DNA from: Eubacteriales bacterium | Lineage (GTDB): Bacteria > Bacillota > Clostridia > JAQUNY01 | DNA length: 33,939 bases | Assembly: GCA_028717405.1 (NCBI GenBank) | Contig: JAQUNY010000002.1 | Span: 1 to 33,939, forward strand | Direction: 5' to 3' | Shown here: positions 32,901-33,939 of the stretch, piece after piece | Position numbering within the stretch: the stretch's first letter is position 1 | How the letters are laid out: every line of letters starts with the position of its first letter | The notes under the pieces: model-generated | The model's database searches: none | What the model saw: the letters and a program-made list of their open reading frames with translations, nothing else | What the model was told of the DNA's origin: nothing | Position numbers and translations under genes: made by a program

Positions 32901-33779
32901 ATGACTGTCAATAATCTTCTGTTACAAAATGATCTGAACCTTATACCACCAGCCGAACTTGGCAGGGGGTCAGGGATCAGGCTGGAGGTTTGTGAAACCG
33001 AACAGGACCTCTACTGGAAAATGGCAATCGAGGTTTTCGACCTCATCAAGGAAAACAACCGTAAAAGGGAAAAGACGGTCATGATCGTTCCTTATGGGCC
33101 ACTTGGCCCTTACAGCAGGCTTGTATGGCTCATCAATAAATACAGGCTCAGCCTCAGGGAATGCTGTTTTATTAACATGGACGAATATCTGACAGCCGAC
33201 GGGACTGCCTTTATTGATAAAACCCACCCCCTATCCTTCAGGGGCGGAATGGACCGGATATTTTACGGACTGGTTGACAGCGAACTCAACCTGAAACCGG
33301 AAAACCGGATCTTCCCGGAGCCGGGCAAAGAAGACCTGATATGGGAAATAATCCTGAGGGCAGGCAAGCTGGATATGTGCTTCGGCGGGGTCGGCATAAA
33401 CGGCCACATAGCTTTCAATGAGCCTCCGGAACCCGGAGAACATATAAGCAACGAGGATTTCAGAAAGCTCCCGTCAAGGATCCTGAAACTGTCCCGGGAA
33501 ACCAGGACAATAAACGCATTCATGAATTGCGGCGGGGACCTCGACGGCATACCTCCCTATTGCATAACAGTGGGCATGAAAGAGATATGGTATGCGTCAA
33601 AGGTCCGCATGCTCATGCCTCGTGACTGGAATGCCGGCGCACTGAGAAAGGTGCTTCACGGCAAGCCTGCAGCGGCAGTGCCCTGCTCGCTTTTCCAGGA
33701 GCACGCGGACGCAAAGCTCTATGCCGCCGAACAGGCTCTCATAAATCCGGTACCAAAGATCAGGATATACAATAAATGA
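32901..33779 (+). CDS. Glucosamine-6-phosphate deaminase/isomerase family (NagB-like) protein
   Basis: I trimmed this to the ATG at 32901, preceded by GGAGG. FGGVGINGHIAFNEP matches the NagB/6-phosphogluconolactonase-fold signature. Confidence 0.7.
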   Translation: MTVNNLLLQNDLNLIPPAELGRGSGIRLEVCETEQDLYWKMAIEVFDLIKENNRKREKTVMIVPYGPLGPYSRLVWLINKYRLSLRECCFINMDEYLTADGTAFIDKTHPLSFRGGMDRIFYGLVDSELNLKPENRIFPEPGKEDLIWEIILRAGKLDMCFGGVGINGHIAFNEPPEPGEHISNEDFRKLPSRILKLSRETRTINAFMNCGGDLDGIPPYCITVGMKEIWYASKVRMLMPRDWNAGALRKVLHGKPAAAVPCSLFQEHADAKLYAAEQALINPVPKIRIYNK

Positions 33780-33782
33780 TAT

Positions 33783-33818
33783 CCTGGCGCCGGGCTCCGG
33801 TGCCGGGTATAATATTTT
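33783..33818. terminator. Possible bidirectional terminator between convergent genes
   Basis: The stem is cctggcgccgg / ccggtgccggg (about 11 bp with G-U pairs) with a 3-nt loop. It is followed by tataatatttt on the plus strand, so the U tract is interrupted. Confidence 0.45.
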
Positions 33819-33831
33819 GACAAATGTAGTG

Positions 33832-33939
33832 CTATCTTTCAGACAGCACATTTTTTTCGTACTCTCTGACGGATTCAAGCCATTCGATCCCGACAGGAGC
33901 GCCTTTGGCGGCACAGAATTTATTCCATACTGCAGCTGC
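33832..33939 (-). CDS. 3' end (35 codons) of an unidentified gene whose start lies outside the window
   Basis: My reverse translation from the window edge reads ..AAAVWNKFCAAKGAPVGIEWLESVREYEKNVLSER then TAG (plus-strand cta 33832-33834). It is too short to assign a family. Confidence 0.35.
   Translation of the reverse strand, partial: AAAVWNKFCAAKGAPVGIEWLESVREYEKNVLSER

Noticed and set aside
1-33939. Searched all leaders and the orf102/pfkA region for TRAP binding sites: 9-11 (G/U)AG triplets spaced by 2-3 nt, appearing as CTC/CTA on the plus strand for minus-strand genes.
   Set aside because: I saw only isolated GAG/UAG triplets with irregular spacing. This was a manual scan, so a computational search is still advisable.

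Overview
This window is a densely coding, mostly housekeeping stretch of a Firmicutes (Clostridia-like) chromosome.

**Minus-strand array (1-14261), in coordinate order:**
- a partial, degenerate PP2C-like membrane protein
- MutS2
- a DUF3842-like protein
- PgsA
- PfkA
- a 102-aa unknown
- a TRAP (MtrB) homolog
- DnaE
- a PgcA-type phosphoglucomutase
- a GHL6/GH42-like putative glycosidase

**Remaining genes, in order:**
- a large polytopic membrane protein (+)
- a NusG-II / Gx-transporter / polyprenyl synthetase operon (-), divergent from an NDH-2 that carries an extra C-terminal DoxX-like membrane domain (+)
- a small membrane protein and HisC (-)
- a DUF58 plus transglutaminase pair (+)
- a split cobalamin-dependent methionine synthase: MetH core plus a separate activation-domain protein (-)
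- a sugar or amino-sugar catabolic cluster: enolase-superfamily dehydratase, AraC regulator, Gfo/Idh/MocA (GH109-like) oxidoreductase and NagB-like deaminase

I recognised no rRNA, tRNA, CRISPR array, transposase, integrase or phage genes. I also found no convincing defence-island-like or clearly novel multi-gene system.

**Items most worth a second look:**
1. The apparently functional TRAP homolog inserted between dnaE and pfkA, with a translationally linked unknown partner ORF.
2. The NDH-2/DoxX fusion next to a polyprenyl synthetase operon, which resembles part of the Listeria extracellular-electron-transfer module.
3. A 4 x 27-bp in-frame tandem repeat inside an unusual dnaE insertion.
4. 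Several regulatory oddities: a candidate leaderless start, a missing canonical start for the NusG-II gene, direct repeats in the metH leader, and a 108-bp convergent gene overlap.

Several ORF-track entries carry spurious N-terminal extensions. I trimmed these to SD-preceded starts.
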